64,000 nucleotides of DNA from Geobacteraceae bacterium. Lineage in GTDB: Bacteria > Desulfobacterota > Desulfuromonadia > Geobacterales > Pseudopelobacteraceae. Shown in pieces: positions 21,115 to 30,342 of the stretch. Within the stretch, counting starts at the first letter, position 1, and every line of letters starts with the position of its first letter. A model generated the notes under the pieces. That model saw nothing but the letters and a program-made list of their open reading frames with translations, made no database searches and was not told the origin of the DNA. The position numbers were made by a program, and so were the translations under genes. The stretch is taken from NCBI GenBank assembly GCA_013336525.1, contig JAAXTM010000008.1, positions 37,459-101,458 of the forward strand. Reading direction: 5' to 3'.

Positions 21115-21728
21115 GTTGTTGTCCTGTCTGCGGCCCGCGGCAGCGACCAGTTGTATCTGACTGCCAATAATCGCAGGATAATTACGGTTGAGGCCGAAAT
21201 CAGTGCTGTCAAGGCGGATGGCATTGCAGTCAGTTGCAGTAAGTAAAGCAAGGCTCCCCCAGCCAGACAGGCAGAAGCATAAACCTCCCTCTGCAAAACC
21301 ATTGGCACTTTGGCTGAAAGCAGGTCACGGACCATTCCTCCAGCAGTAGCAGTCATCACTCCCATCATAACAGCGCCGAAAAAACCTAACCTGAATTCAA
21401 TGGCCTTGTAGGTACCGATCACCACAAAAGTGCCCAGTCCGACAGCATCAAAGTAGATCAATGGATGGGTGAGGAACTCCAGGCGACGGTGAAAGATAAA
21501 TACCAATAGGGAAACTGCTACCGAAAGATAGAGGTACGTCTCGTCCTTGAGTATAAAAGGCGGGCTGTCGCCCATCAATAGATCACGCAACGTGCCGCCG
21601 CCGGTAGCGGTAACAAGGCCTAGCACCAATACGCCAAAGACATCCATCTTCTGGCGAATTCCGGCTAGAGCCCCGGAAGCAGCAAAAGCAGCAGTTCCCA
21701 ACAGATCAAATGCGTAAAGCAGAGTCAT
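21111..21728 (-). CDS. TRIC-type cation channel family membrane protein (UPF0126/YadS)
   Basis: 205 aa with two internal repeats, each carrying the glycine-rich motif (TATGGGTLRDLL and TATAGGMVRDLL). Confidence 0.85.
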   Translation of the reverse strand: MTLLYAFDLLGTAAFAASGALAGIRQKMDVFGVLVLGLVTATGGGTLRDLLMGDSPPFILKDETYLYLSVAVSLLVFIFHRRLEFLTHPLIYFDAVGLGTFVVIGTYKAIEFRLGFFGAVMMGVMTATAGGMVRDLLSAKVPMVLQREVYASACLAGGALLYLLQLTAMPSALTALISASTVIILRLLAVRYNWSLPRAADRTTT

Positions 21729-21905
21729 TTATATGTACTCCGTGGATAGTTTATGATTCAAAAAGACTATTAATTAGATCAGCGAAGAAATCTTCTAAAC
21801 CACCTTTCGATATTGTTTTCATAAGTAACGCTACTGCCGCCGTAGGGATTCGCCCAACTGGCATGGCTTTGACCTGCCAGGTTTTAGGGCAGGTCGTAAG
21901 CCTTG

Positions 21906-22592
21906 TTATCCCTCATATACATTCGATTTCCCAAGGTTACACGCTGAGCAGAGGGTTTGTAGATTTTCGAGCACTGTTTTGCCACCCTTGCTCCATGGAG
22001 TTATGTGATCAACGTGAAGCTCGACGCCGGGCGTCAGAGCCGGGCTTTTACCACAGGCAAGGCAGGTGAAGCGGTCACGCTGAAGAACGTGCCAACGAAG
22101 GCGTAGCGATGGATCTCTGCCGGTTTTACGACGGGTAACTTCATTATTAATTTGACCGTCTGGAGTATCAGCACCACTGTCATTAGCATATTTCACGAAT
22201 GCTTCCAGTGCAGCCATCCAAGAACCAAAACGACGATTGTATGGTGATTGTGAAATCGTAGATGGCGAATTAGCCAATTCGCTCCGCCGTGGTTGTCGCC
22301 CATAATGTTGCCACAGTGCCAGAAGGTTTTCGAACAGCTTATCGTCATGGATATTTACTTCATTCGTGATGCTCAGATCTGCGGCAACAAGCGCCTTATT
22401 CCATGATCCGAATCTCCGAATGATTGTCGAATAATCATAGGTTCCGACTTTATGGTATTCTTTCTGTCCAACTGTTCCTTTTCCAGTCGCAGAAGCTACT
22501 CGTAGAAGGTCTGCAAGCAAGTCCTCACTGCTTACTGGCATCCCTGAAACACGAACAATTTTGAAATCATCATTCTTCATATCTTCCTTCAT
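21906..22592 (-). CDS. HNH endonuclease with N-terminal homing-endonuclease-associated repeats
   Basis: The C-terminus reads CLACGKSP...[34 protein letters not shown] (HNH). Two N-terminal repeats end in [13 protein letters not shown] and [13 protein letters not shown]. Confidence 0.85.
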   Translation of the reverse strand: MKEDMKNDDFKIVRVSGMPVSSEDLLADLLRVASATGKGTVGQKEYHKVGTYDYSTIIRRFGSWNKALVAADLSITNEVNIHDDKLFENLLALWQHYGRQPRRSELANSPSTISQSPYNRRFGSWMAALEAFVKYANDSGADTPDGQINNEVTRRKTGRDPSLRLRWHVLQRDRFTCLACGKSPALTPGVELHVDHITPWSKGGKTVLENLQTLCSACNLGKSNVYEG

Positions 22593-22698
22593 ATTCTCGG
22601 GATAACCGGGGCTGAGGCTGACCCGTCATCGGCGGGTCTTGCCGATGGTTGGGGCCTCGTTTTATAATTCTTTACTTTTATAACATGCGTGGTATATT

Positions 22699-23037
22699 TT
22701 GATTATGGTTTATCGTCTTTCATATTACAATGAAACTGTCGAAGCTGAGCTTGACGCATGGCCTGTTGGCTTGCGCGCTCGATTCCGAGCATTGTCTGTG
22801 CGTATGGAAGAATACGGCCCTAACCTGGGAATGCCGCATACAAGGGCGCTTGGTAGTGGCCTTTTTGAAATCCGCGCCAAGTCAGAAGAAGGAATCGGAA
22901 GAGTATTTTTCTGCACCATGGTCGGACGAAGAATCATAATTCTCCACAGTTTCATAAAAAAGACGGACAAGACACCAAAACGAGAACTCGATATAGCGCT
23001 CACTCGTCAGAAGGAGGTAATTAATAATGAGCTATAA
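22699..23037 (+). CDS. type II toxin, phage Gp49/HigB-like (RelE/ParE superfamily)
   Basis: 112 aa; ...LFEIRAKSEEGIGRVFFCTMVGRRIIILHSFIKKTDKTPKREL is typical of the Gp49-like family. It overlaps the downstream HTH gene by 11 nt. Confidence 0.8.
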   Translation: MIMVYRLSYYNETVEAELDAWPVGLRARFRALSVRMEEYGPNLGMPHTRALGSGLFEIRAKSEEGIGRVFFCTMVGRRIIILHSFIKKTDKTPKRELDIALTRQKEVINNEL

Positions 23038-23341
23038 ACCAGTTTCGTACGATCCAAAGAAAAAATTGGAAAAAGAACTGCAAGACCCCAGCTTCAAGAA
23101 GGCATGGGAAGCATTGGATGATGAATTTGCCGCTCTGGATGCCCTGCTTTCGGCACGTCGACAGGCAGGGATGACTCAGGAGCAAGTAGCGGCCAAAATG
23201 GGAGTTTCCCAGCCCTCATTAGCGAGAGTAGAAGCGACGCTCGGTTCTCACCGTCATTCTCCGTCTCTTGAGATGCTCCGAAAGTACGCTGCCGCTGTCA
23301 ACTGCAAACTGGAGATCAGGCTGATACCTCAGCATTCGTGA
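23027..23341 (+). CDS. XRE-family HTH antitoxin (HigA-like)
   Basis: 104 aa; LSARRQAGMTQEQVAAKMGVSQPSLARVE is an XRE helix-turn-helix. It is paired with the upstream toxin. Confidence 0.8.
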   Translation: MSYKPVSYDPKKKLEKELQDPSFKKAWEALDDEFAALDALLSARRQAGMTQEQVAAKMGVSQPSLARVEATLGSHRHSPSLEMLRKYAAAVNCKLEIRLIPQHS

Positions 23342-23516
23342 ATTATCAGAGAGCTCGGGATGTGACGGGTAATTAGTCTGGTCTTCTCATTGCTTTTCAT
23401 CGCTTGCAGCAGCTTTTGCTTTTTCTCCATGATCCGACTTCTTACCCAGCAGCGTGACCAAAGAAAACACCATCCCGAAAATCAGCAGACACAATGATGT
23501 AACCAATGCCGATGCT

Positions 23517-23864
23517 TTATTCGGTTTCTATATATAGAAACTTTTCCAGTTTTGTACCGGCAATGCAGCCGTATGGCACATACCAGAACTTTTTTTCTCT
23601 ATCCCATCGGCCGCCAACTGCTCTTACCTGTGCCTGCGCCGAAGTTTCCTTTATGCCGATTTTGAGTGAAACCAGTGTGCTGTCTGAAAATCTGGAAGGT
23701 GGTGGTGTCCAATCACTTTCGCTGACGATTATTTCTATCGTTTTGTACTGCTTTCGCTTTTCCGCATCATAGCGATAGCGGACACAAACCAGAGTGTCGC
23801 CATACTTCTCGACAAACTTTTTTGTCCCGTTTTGCCCCGGCTTTAAATTCACCCGAGTTTTCAT
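23517..23864 (-). CDS. conserved hypothetical protein
   Basis: 115 aa; the N-terminus is MKTRVNLKPGQNGTKKFVEKYGDTLVCVRYRYD. The C-terminal GGRWDREKKFWYVPYG resembles, from memory, the short DUF5710-type module found on mobile-element primases. Confidence 0.6.
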   Translation of the reverse strand: MKTRVNLKPGQNGTKKFVEKYGDTLVCVRYRYDAEKRKQYKTIEIIVSESDWTPPPSRFSDSTLVSLKIGIKETSAQAQVRAVGGRWDREKKFWYVPYGCIAGTKLEKFLYIETE

Positions 23865-24050
23865 TAAAACTCCGGTGTATCTGCATATTTATGGCAATTC
23901 ATGTAGCATGATTGCCGTAAATTAGAAACTTATTTATTAGTTTACTCTATTGACGCCGTCATGTTTACGCGTTATGGAAACTTTGGGGAAATTAACATTC
24001 TGACAATCTTGTTGTGATGGGAGTCGATACAGATGATTCCTGCCCGGTAT

Positions 24051-24455
24051 TCACATATCCCCGGTCATCTCCTGCAGCAGGTAGAGCTTTACGTTAACCT
24101 TGCGTACACATTCCACAACCTCTTTCAGCCGCTCTTCATCAAGTCCACACTCTTCCTCAACCCCTTGGAACAAAGGATATCCTTTTGGAAGGGGCGTCAG
24201 GGCGCCGTTACGGAGCAGCATCACGTCCACAAGGTCGTTGACGCGCCCCTTTCCTTCCCATGGATCGCGATAGTTGAACTGCCTGGCGACAACGTGCATT
24301 CCCATGCCGTTCGGGAATATTGCCTTCACTTCAAATGAAAATTCGCGCGGGGCACTGTAACTCTCGCTTCGTCCGGAGCGGACCATCACTTCGGCACCCG
24401 CCTCCTTTAGTATTTCTCCGACCGATTCAGCGGTCATTGCATTGAAAACATCCAT
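24051..24455 (-). CDS. small acidic hypothetical protein, third gene of the AAA+/vWA operon
   Basis: The start MDVFNAMTAES lies 2 nt after the stop of the vWA gene. No recognisable family. Confidence 0.55.
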   Translation of the reverse strand: MDVFNAMTAESVGEILKEAGAEVMVRSGRSESYSAPREFSFEVKAIFPNGMGMHVVARQFNYRDPWEGKGRVNDLVDVMLLRNGALTPLPKGYPLFQGVEEECGLDEERLKEVVECVRKVNVKLYLLQEMTGDM

Positions 24456-24457
24456 TT

Positions 24458-25630
24458 TTATATCTCCATTCGTAATTCGACACCCCACGGCACCGGTTTT
24501 TCTCCCGCAGCGGTCAGCACCCACAAGGTTGGATACTCCATCCGGGCAGGGGCGGGGCCGACACCGTCGGTAAGGTAAATCACCGCAGCGGGGGCAGGGT
24601 GCATGGTTTTTGCGTAGTCAAAGACCGGTCGCAGGTCGGTGAACCCGCCGCCGTCATAGCGCTCGACAATGCCGGGGACACCGCTGAAAGATGATATCTG
24701 CTGAATGCGGCTGTTGGCATACAGTACGGTTATGGCTGCGTCACGCCCACGGGCGATCTGGAGCAGTTCCATGGCAAATGCTTCGCGCAGGCCGGCACTG
24801 TTTGTTGAGTCGCTGACGTCAATTCCGACCAGCAGGTTAAGTCGTCGCTGCTTTCTGATTCCTGGTGTCGTGTGTTCAAAACGGCGGTGTTCCCGCAGCC
24901 AGGAACTCCTTCGGCCGGTGCGACCGGCGGTGGCAATGAATTGCCGCAGAATCAGACGCCAGGGGAGGGGGGAGGGACGCAGCAGGGTATCAATTACCTG
25001 TCGGAGTTCGGCCGGGGTTTCGCCATCACTTCCTTTCAGGCTGTCCCGGGTGATCGACCGTACCGTTTCTTCTGCCAGAGCCAGCGGCGTGCTGTCGGCA
25101 TCGCTCCATAGAGCGTGGCTGTCAAGGGTCGCCTCCGAGTCGGTGCCGCATCCATTGCCGGCAGCGCCACGCTCGGAGAGTTCCGCCTCTCCATAGCCGC
25201 TGCCGTCAAGATTGCCGGCGTCAAAGGGGGGGACGAGCTGTGTGTAATACTCTTCCGCTGCCAGACCATTTTCTGCACCGTAATACTCGGGGAGAAGCGC
25301 ATCTTCAGGAAGATCGGTGATGCCGGGATTGATCGCGAGATCACAGGCAACGTCCCAGTCATGCAGATTACGATCCTTGCGGCGCAGTGGATGCAGATGC
25401 AGCAGGTGCTTGACCATGTGTTCCAGCAGTGCCTGCTGCTGTGGTGCCGTCAGAGCGTTAAAAGGAGCGGGGTCTATCGCCAGAAAGGGGATACCGTCCC
25501 GCACGGTAACCCCGGCACCCTTTCCGTTCAATGGCCGCTGCTCGCGGCGCAGATTGAGAATAAAATGCCCGTAGAACGGGCGTTCCCGCAGCAGTCGTAC
25601 TACGGCATTTTCAAGGGTATTGCTGTTCAT
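24458..25630 (-). CDS. vWA-domain protein with N-terminal DUF2201-type putative metallopeptidase domain
   Basis: 390 aa. The N-terminal region carries LLEHMVKHLLHLHPLRR. The C-terminal vWA has an intact MIDAS DxSxS (GIDVSDS). It overlaps the upstream AAA+ gene by 4 nt. Confidence 0.8.
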   Translation of the reverse strand: MNSNTLENAVVRLLRERPFYGHFILNLRREQRPLNGKGAGVTVRDGIPFLAIDPAPFNALTAPQQQALLEHMVKHLLHLHPLRRKDRNLHDWDVACDLAINPGITDLPEDALLPEYYGAENGLAAEEYYTQLVPPFDAGNLDGSGYGEAELSERGAAGNGCGTDSEATLDSHALWSDADSTPLALAEETVRSITRDSLKGSDGETPAELRQVIDTLLRPSPLPWRLILRQFIATAGRTGRRSSWLREHRRFEHTTPGIRKQRRLNLLVGIDVSDSTNSAGLREAFAMELLQIARGRDAAITVLYANSRIQQISSFSGVPGIVERYDGGGFTDLRPVFDYAKTMHPAPAAVIYLTDGVGPAPARMEYPTLWVLTAAGEKPVPWGVELRMEI

Positions 25631-26685
25631 GCCTCACGTGAAATAATCTGGATGGCATCGAAGACCACACTGTCATACTTGTCCTGAGCTATAGCAAGCG
25701 CAACCTCAGGAATTTTGAGGAGCGACTTGACGAAACCAAAACGGAGGTCGCGCGGCAGCATGGCAGTGTAGGCGACCAGATTCGCTTCCTGTTCCTGTTC
25801 CAGAGTTGGGGCTGCTTGTAATGTGGTGATCAGGTCATTTACCGTGGCTGCCTGGATGTCATCTCGCTGTTTCGCTGCCCGGTCGGCAATCAGCGGCCAC
25901 TGGTTAAGGACCTCGGCGGCGGTCAATGGTCGCCCCTTCTGGTCAGCCAGCCAGCGCATGAAGGTGATGGCGGCCTCTTTGCCGATGATCCCGGCGTAGA
26001 CCTCCATCTCCAGATCGCCGGGGAAACGGCAGTTTTTGCGCAGGATGCTGACCATTTCCCAGCCACGTTCGGTCGGCTCGACCTGCAGCTCCATCGGTGA
26101 ACCCTGGCGGGCGAGCATGCCGGAGTTGCCGGCCAGAAACTGGCGTACGTCGCCGGAGAGTTCCCGTTTGGCGGCATAGTGCGCCCAGCAGTTGTAATCG
26201 GTTTCTACGAACAGCATAATCATCCGGTCTATCAGGGCACGGTCAAGCGTTGCCACTTGGTAGGTGCCATCCGGAGGATTGATGCTGACAACTACCTTGT
26301 GCCGCTTGGAAAGGTGATGGGTGTGGAGTGAACGGAGCAGCCCTTCGGCCGGCGGTTCCACAAACTGGAAAATAGCCTGTAGGGTATCCTCCTGCTGGGC
26401 ACGATTCAGTTCATCGCAATGCACAACGGTCGGCGGCTGATCATCACCCGGCCACCATGATGGCCGTGACCAGTGCATGATATCGCCGTCGCGAAAGGGA
26501 ACCCCGACCAGATCACCCACCTCCATCTGCCCCAGGCGCAACGACACATATTCCAGATCGATTTCGCGGCAGGCCTGAATGATGCCGGCGCTTTTGCCCA
26601 CGCCTCGATGCCCGACTACGCAGGGGGTCAGGTCGGTTTTGGTGATGATTTCCTTGATAACTGTTTTCATCTGCTCGATGTTCAT
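25627..26685 (-). CDS. MoxR-like AAA+ ATPase (AAA_5 type)
   Basis: 352 aa; Walker A GHRGVGKS, Walker B VVHCDELNRA, followed by a helical C-terminal domain. Confidence 0.85.
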   Translation of the reverse strand: MNIEQMKTVIKEIITKTDLTPCVVGHRGVGKSAGIIQACREIDLEYVSLRLGQMEVGDLVGVPFRDGDIMHWSRPSWWPGDDQPPTVVHCDELNRAQQEDTLQAIFQFVEPPAEGLLRSLHTHHLSKRHKVVVSINPPDGTYQVATLDRALIDRMIMLFVETDYNCWAHYAAKRELSGDVRQFLAGNSGMLARQGSPMELQVEPTERGWEMVSILRKNCRFPGDLEMEVYAGIIGKEAAITFMRWLADQKGRPLTAAEVLNQWPLIADRAAKQRDDIQAATVNDLITTLQAAPTLEQEQEANLVAYTAMLPRDLRFGFVKSLLKIPEVALAIAQDKYDSVVFDAIQIISREA

Positions 26686-27011
26686 GAGGTGCTCCGACTA
26701 TTAGGACAATATTTATCTTGTTGATAATAGCGGCAATTTTACTACTATTCAAGCATAAGTTTAAGGTGTAGCAAGTATGGGTTGGTTGTTGATTGCCTGG
26801 AAAAGTATGGGTGAATTTTATCAGCAGAGGTCCGTTTGCCGCATGTAAGAAATTTCTGTAAGGAATATCTGAATATTCAATTTAATTGACGTAGTAATAT
26901 TATTAATGATATAAAAAACGGCGCCTAACTAATTAAATATTATGGCAATAATGTTTAAATGTGCAAAGTATGACACCTTGTTGGTTGTCTTGTTCACCTG
27001 GAATCTAGTGT

Positions 27012-28718
27012 ATGAACGATAAGAATATAAACGACAGTCTTTTTCAGGGACAGCAGATCCTTGAACACGCTCCGGATGGTATCTTCATGATCGATTCCGG
27101 TTTAAAGATCTGTTATGTTAATCCGGCTTTTTGCCGTCTGCTTGGTTATGAAGCCAGCGAAGTTCTTGGTACATCCATAACCGATCATTTGGGTGATTTG
27201 TCGATTCTGGCAAGTTGCATGGAAAGTGTGAGCGAAACAGGGAGCTGTGTCGACCAGGAGACAATATTCCGTCGGAAAGACGGCTCAATGGTTCACATTT
27301 CCAAAAATGTACAGGCCATTCAAAATGAAGATGGTAGTTTGTCGCGCATTATCATTTTTATTCGTGATATGACCAGACTTCATCTGCTTAATCAACAGCT
27401 TAGTGAGTCAAAACAGAAGCTTCAATCCTACGTTAATAATCTTGAAACAGTTGTAGATGAGCGAACCAGGGAACTCTCGGAACAACTTTACACCGATAGT
27501 TTGACGAAATTGCCTAACCGGATGAAATTGCTTGTTGACCTGACCAAGGGCCTTGATGGTAAAGTTCTTATCCTGCTCAACATCGATGGATTTAAGGAGA
27601 TTAACTCCTATTTCGGCCAAGAGGCCGGTGATACCATTTTGACGCAAGTGGCCAATGAACTTATTGCTCAAACATCACTGCTGAAGATGGGTAAGGTCTA
27701 CAAACTTCCTTCAGATGAGTATGCAATCGTCATTCAGGAAAAACTTACCCAGGAGCAGACGGAATCAATTGTCGTAAAGATGGGTGAAAAGATCAAGCAT
27801 CGCTCACTGATCGCCCGTTCAGACGAAGATATCAGTCTGGATGTGACGATAGGTGTGGCTATGGTCAGTGAATCGGATGACAGCTCGCGCGAGCTTTTAT
27901 CGTTTGCGGACATGGCACAGAAACTTGCCAAAAAAGAGCGGAAACAGTACCTTTTTTACACCCCTTCAATGCAGATTAAAGAGGAATATGAGCAAAACCT
28001 GGGTTGGATAAAACGGCTGAAAAGTGCTATCGAAGAAGATCGGGTGATTCCATTTTTTCAGCCGATCATTGAGTCTAAAACCCTCCAGATAAAAAAATAT
28101 GAAGCGCTGGTGAGAATTCAGGAAGGGGAGGTTTTTGTTACCCCTGGCGAGTTCCTGAAAATTGCAAAAAAAGTTAAGCTCTATCATCATATAACGAAAA
28201 TTATGGTCGACAAAACACTGGCTGTTTTTGCCCCGCTGCAGTCAAGTGTGTCGATCAATATTTCGATTGAAGATATTCTTAACGAGTCTGTTAACAGCTA
28301 TCTGTTAAATAAAGTTCAAGAGTGCGGTTTTGCCGAGCGGATTATTTTTGAGATAACTGAATCCGAAGGTATCAGCAATTATAATGTGGTCACTGAGTTC
28401 ATTAAAGGAGTGAAACGCCATGGTGGCAGAATAGCGCTTGATGATTTTGGCTCGGGCTACTCGAACTTTTTATATGTTACTCAGCTCAACATTGACTTCA
28501 TTAAAATAGATGGCTCGATCATCAAGCAAATAGCACACAATCAATCAGCGCATATAATTACTGAGACGATCATCGATTTTGCATCCAAGCTCGGGATCAA
28601 GACTATTGCGGAATTTGTTTCGGATGAAGCCATTTACAGATGCCTTGAGGGGTTATCGATTGATGCATACCAGGGATACTACTTCGGAGTTCCTGCGCAG
28701 CATGCACTAAAACCGTAA
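27012..28718 (+). CDS. PAS / degenerate GGDEF / EAL signalling protein (probable c-di-GMP phosphodiesterase)
   Basis: It has an N-terminal PAS domain. The GGDEF site reads PSDEY, which is degenerate. The EAL domain is intact (YEALVRI, DDFGSGYS, QGYYF). Confidence 0.9.
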   Translation: MNDKNINDSLFQGQQILEHAPDGIFMIDSGLKICYVNPAFCRLLGYEASEVLGTSITDHLGDLSILASCMESVSETGSCVDQETIFRRKDGSMVHISKNVQAIQNEDGSLSRIIIFIRDMTRLHLLNQQLSESKQKLQSYVNNLETVVDERTRELSEQLYTDSLTKLPNRMKLLVDLTKGLDGKVLILLNIDGFKEINSYFGQEAGDTILTQVANELIAQTSLLKMGKVYKLPSDEYAIVIQEKLTQEQTESIVVKMGEKIKHRSLIARSDEDISLDVTIGVAMVSESDDSSRELLSFADMAQKLAKKERKQYLFYTPSMQIKEEYEQNLGWIKRLKSAIEEDRVIPFFQPIIESKTLQIKKYEALVRIQEGEVFVTPGEFLKIAKKVKLYHHITKIMVDKTLAVFAPLQSSVSINISIEDILNESVNSYLLNKVQECGFAERIIFEITESEGISNYNVVTEFIKGVKRHGGRIALDDFGSGYSNFLYVTQLNIDFIKIDGSIIKQIAHNQSAHIITETIIDFASKLGIKTIAEFVSDEAIYRCLEGLSIDAYQGYYFGVPAQHALKP

Positions 28719-28847
28719 TTCTGTTAAACTCCGGTTACTGGCCTGAATCGGCCTGTCGTTCTTGCCAACAGATCAATTCAATATCACACCGTTTATGCAG
28801 TTTTCCCATTGGCAAGCATCATCTGCTTCATGTTTATGTCACCATTT

Positions 28848-29525
28848 TTACGCCACATATCTGAGCGGATCACTCAAGCCAGCCTCGGCAAATCCCTTCA
28901 AACGGAGGCGGCATGAGTCACATACCCCGCACGATAGCCCCTCCGGGGTCGGATCATAGCAGGAATGCGTCAATCCGTAATCCACTCCCAGCTCCAGACC
29001 GCGGCGTATGATGTCGGCCTTGCTCATACTGATTAGTGGTGCATGGATTTTGAATTTGGATGTCCCTTCAACTCCCGCCCTGGTTGCCAGGTTGGCCATT
29101 TTCTCATACGCTTGAATGTATTCCGGACGGCAGTCCGGATAACCTGAATAATCGAGGGCGTTGACGCCGATATAAATGTCGGACGCACCAAGTACCTCGG
29201 CCCAGCCCAAGGCAAAGGAAAGGAAAATGGTGTTTCGTGCCGGTACGTAGGTGACCGGAATGTCACTCCCTACACCGTCCTTGGGTACGTCTATATCAGC
29301 TGTAAGGGCGCTGCCACCCATTAAGCGCAGATCAAAATCTACAACCAGGTGCTGCTCAGCTCCGATTCGTTTGGCATTCTGCCGGGCGACCGACAGTTCG
29401 AAGCTGTGTCGCTGACCGTAGGAAAAACTGATGGCATAAGGGATAAAACCGTCTGCTCTGGCAATCGCCATACATGTGGTGGAATCCAGTCCACTGCTAT
29501 ACAATACTACCGCTTTACGTTGCAT
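28848..29525 (-). CDS. queC: 7-cyano-7-deazaguanine synthase
   Basis: The start [15 protein letters not shown] is a PP-loop. The C-terminal zinc cysteines read CYDP...CGVCDSC. Confidence 0.9.
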   Translation of the reverse strand: MQRKAVVLYSSGLDSTTCMAIARADGFIPYAISFSYGQRHSFELSVARQNAKRIGAEQHLVVDFDLRLMGGSALTADIDVPKDGVGSDIPVTYVPARNTIFLSFALGWAEVLGASDIYIGVNALDYSGYPDCRPEYIQAYEKMANLATRAGVEGTSKFKIHAPLISMSKADIIRRGLELGVDYGLTHSCYDPTPEGLSCGVCDSCRLRLKGFAEAGLSDPLRYVA

Positions 29526-29686
29526 GATATGGGTCTCCGGGCAAGTTTTCTGAACTTTATGGTTTGCATTTTTACACATAATGAGTACAATAAGTCCACT
29601 TTTCTCATGGATCTCCGCCGGAAAAAAGTAAAATCATCCCATAGATGAGGTCTGCCGGACAGCAGGCCTTTTTCATTTGAGGCGAA

Positions 29687-29974
29687 ATGCGACTAAAAGA
29701 GGAACAGATACACGGGCTGGCAGAAAAAGTGTATAATGATCTGGCTGCAGACCTTCTGATAACACCCAGAGGAGAACGCGGAGCGGTGGTTGCCGGGATT
29801 GCCCGTACAATCTCCCAGAACTTTGCCGCCGAGCAGAAGCTGGAAAGGGATGCAGAGAAGCTGCTCGATGAAACCCTTGATGCGATGGGGAGTGGTGCCG
29901 CCACTATTGACCGCCGCAGAATGTTGAAGATGGTCAAGGATAAGTTGGCCAAGGAACGCCATATAATTCTGTGA
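29687..29974 (+). CDS. DUF507 family protein
   Basis: 95 aa; MRLKEEQIHGLAEKVYNDL... It has a paralogous partner immediately downstream. Family assignment is from memory of the DUF507 paired genes. Confidence 0.65.
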   Translation: MRLKEEQIHGLAEKVYNDLAADLLITPRGERGAVVAGIARTISQNFAAEQKLERDAEKLLDETLDAMGSGAATIDRRRMLKMVKDKLAKERHIIL

Positions 29975-29981
29975 GGTTTTA

Positions 29982-30242
29982 ATGTCATTATCCGAAGACC
30001 GTATTTCAAACATGGCTCATGAAATAATCAAATGCATCTGGCGTGACGATCTGGCTGATGTGACTGATGACAGTCGGGCGCTGAGACGGGTCAAGCAGTC
30101 CCTGGAAGCCTTTTTTGGTTCTGTGGACGAAATTGAAGCGGCTGTCATGGCCAAGTTGCGTAACAAGGCTCCCGGCAGCCGGGATTATGACGTTCTTTAC
30201 AAGAAATTTTACCATGATGAAATGGCACGAAGAAACCTTTGA
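29982..30242 (+). CDS. DUF507 family protein (paralogue)
   Basis: 86 aa; MSLSEDRISNMAHEIIKCIW... It has the same architecture as the upstream ORF. Confidence 0.65.
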   Translation: MSLSEDRISNMAHEIIKCIWRDDLADVTDDSRALRRVKQSLEAFFGSVDEIEAAVMAKLRNKAPGSRDYDVLYKKFYHDEMARRNL

Positions 30243-30342
30243 TACCTTGCAGGTGAATCGCATCAATATTGGGAACATTAATAATCATTCTTCCCGGCCA
30301 TGAGCAACAGCTCACGGCCTTTTTCACGAAAGGTATATCTAC

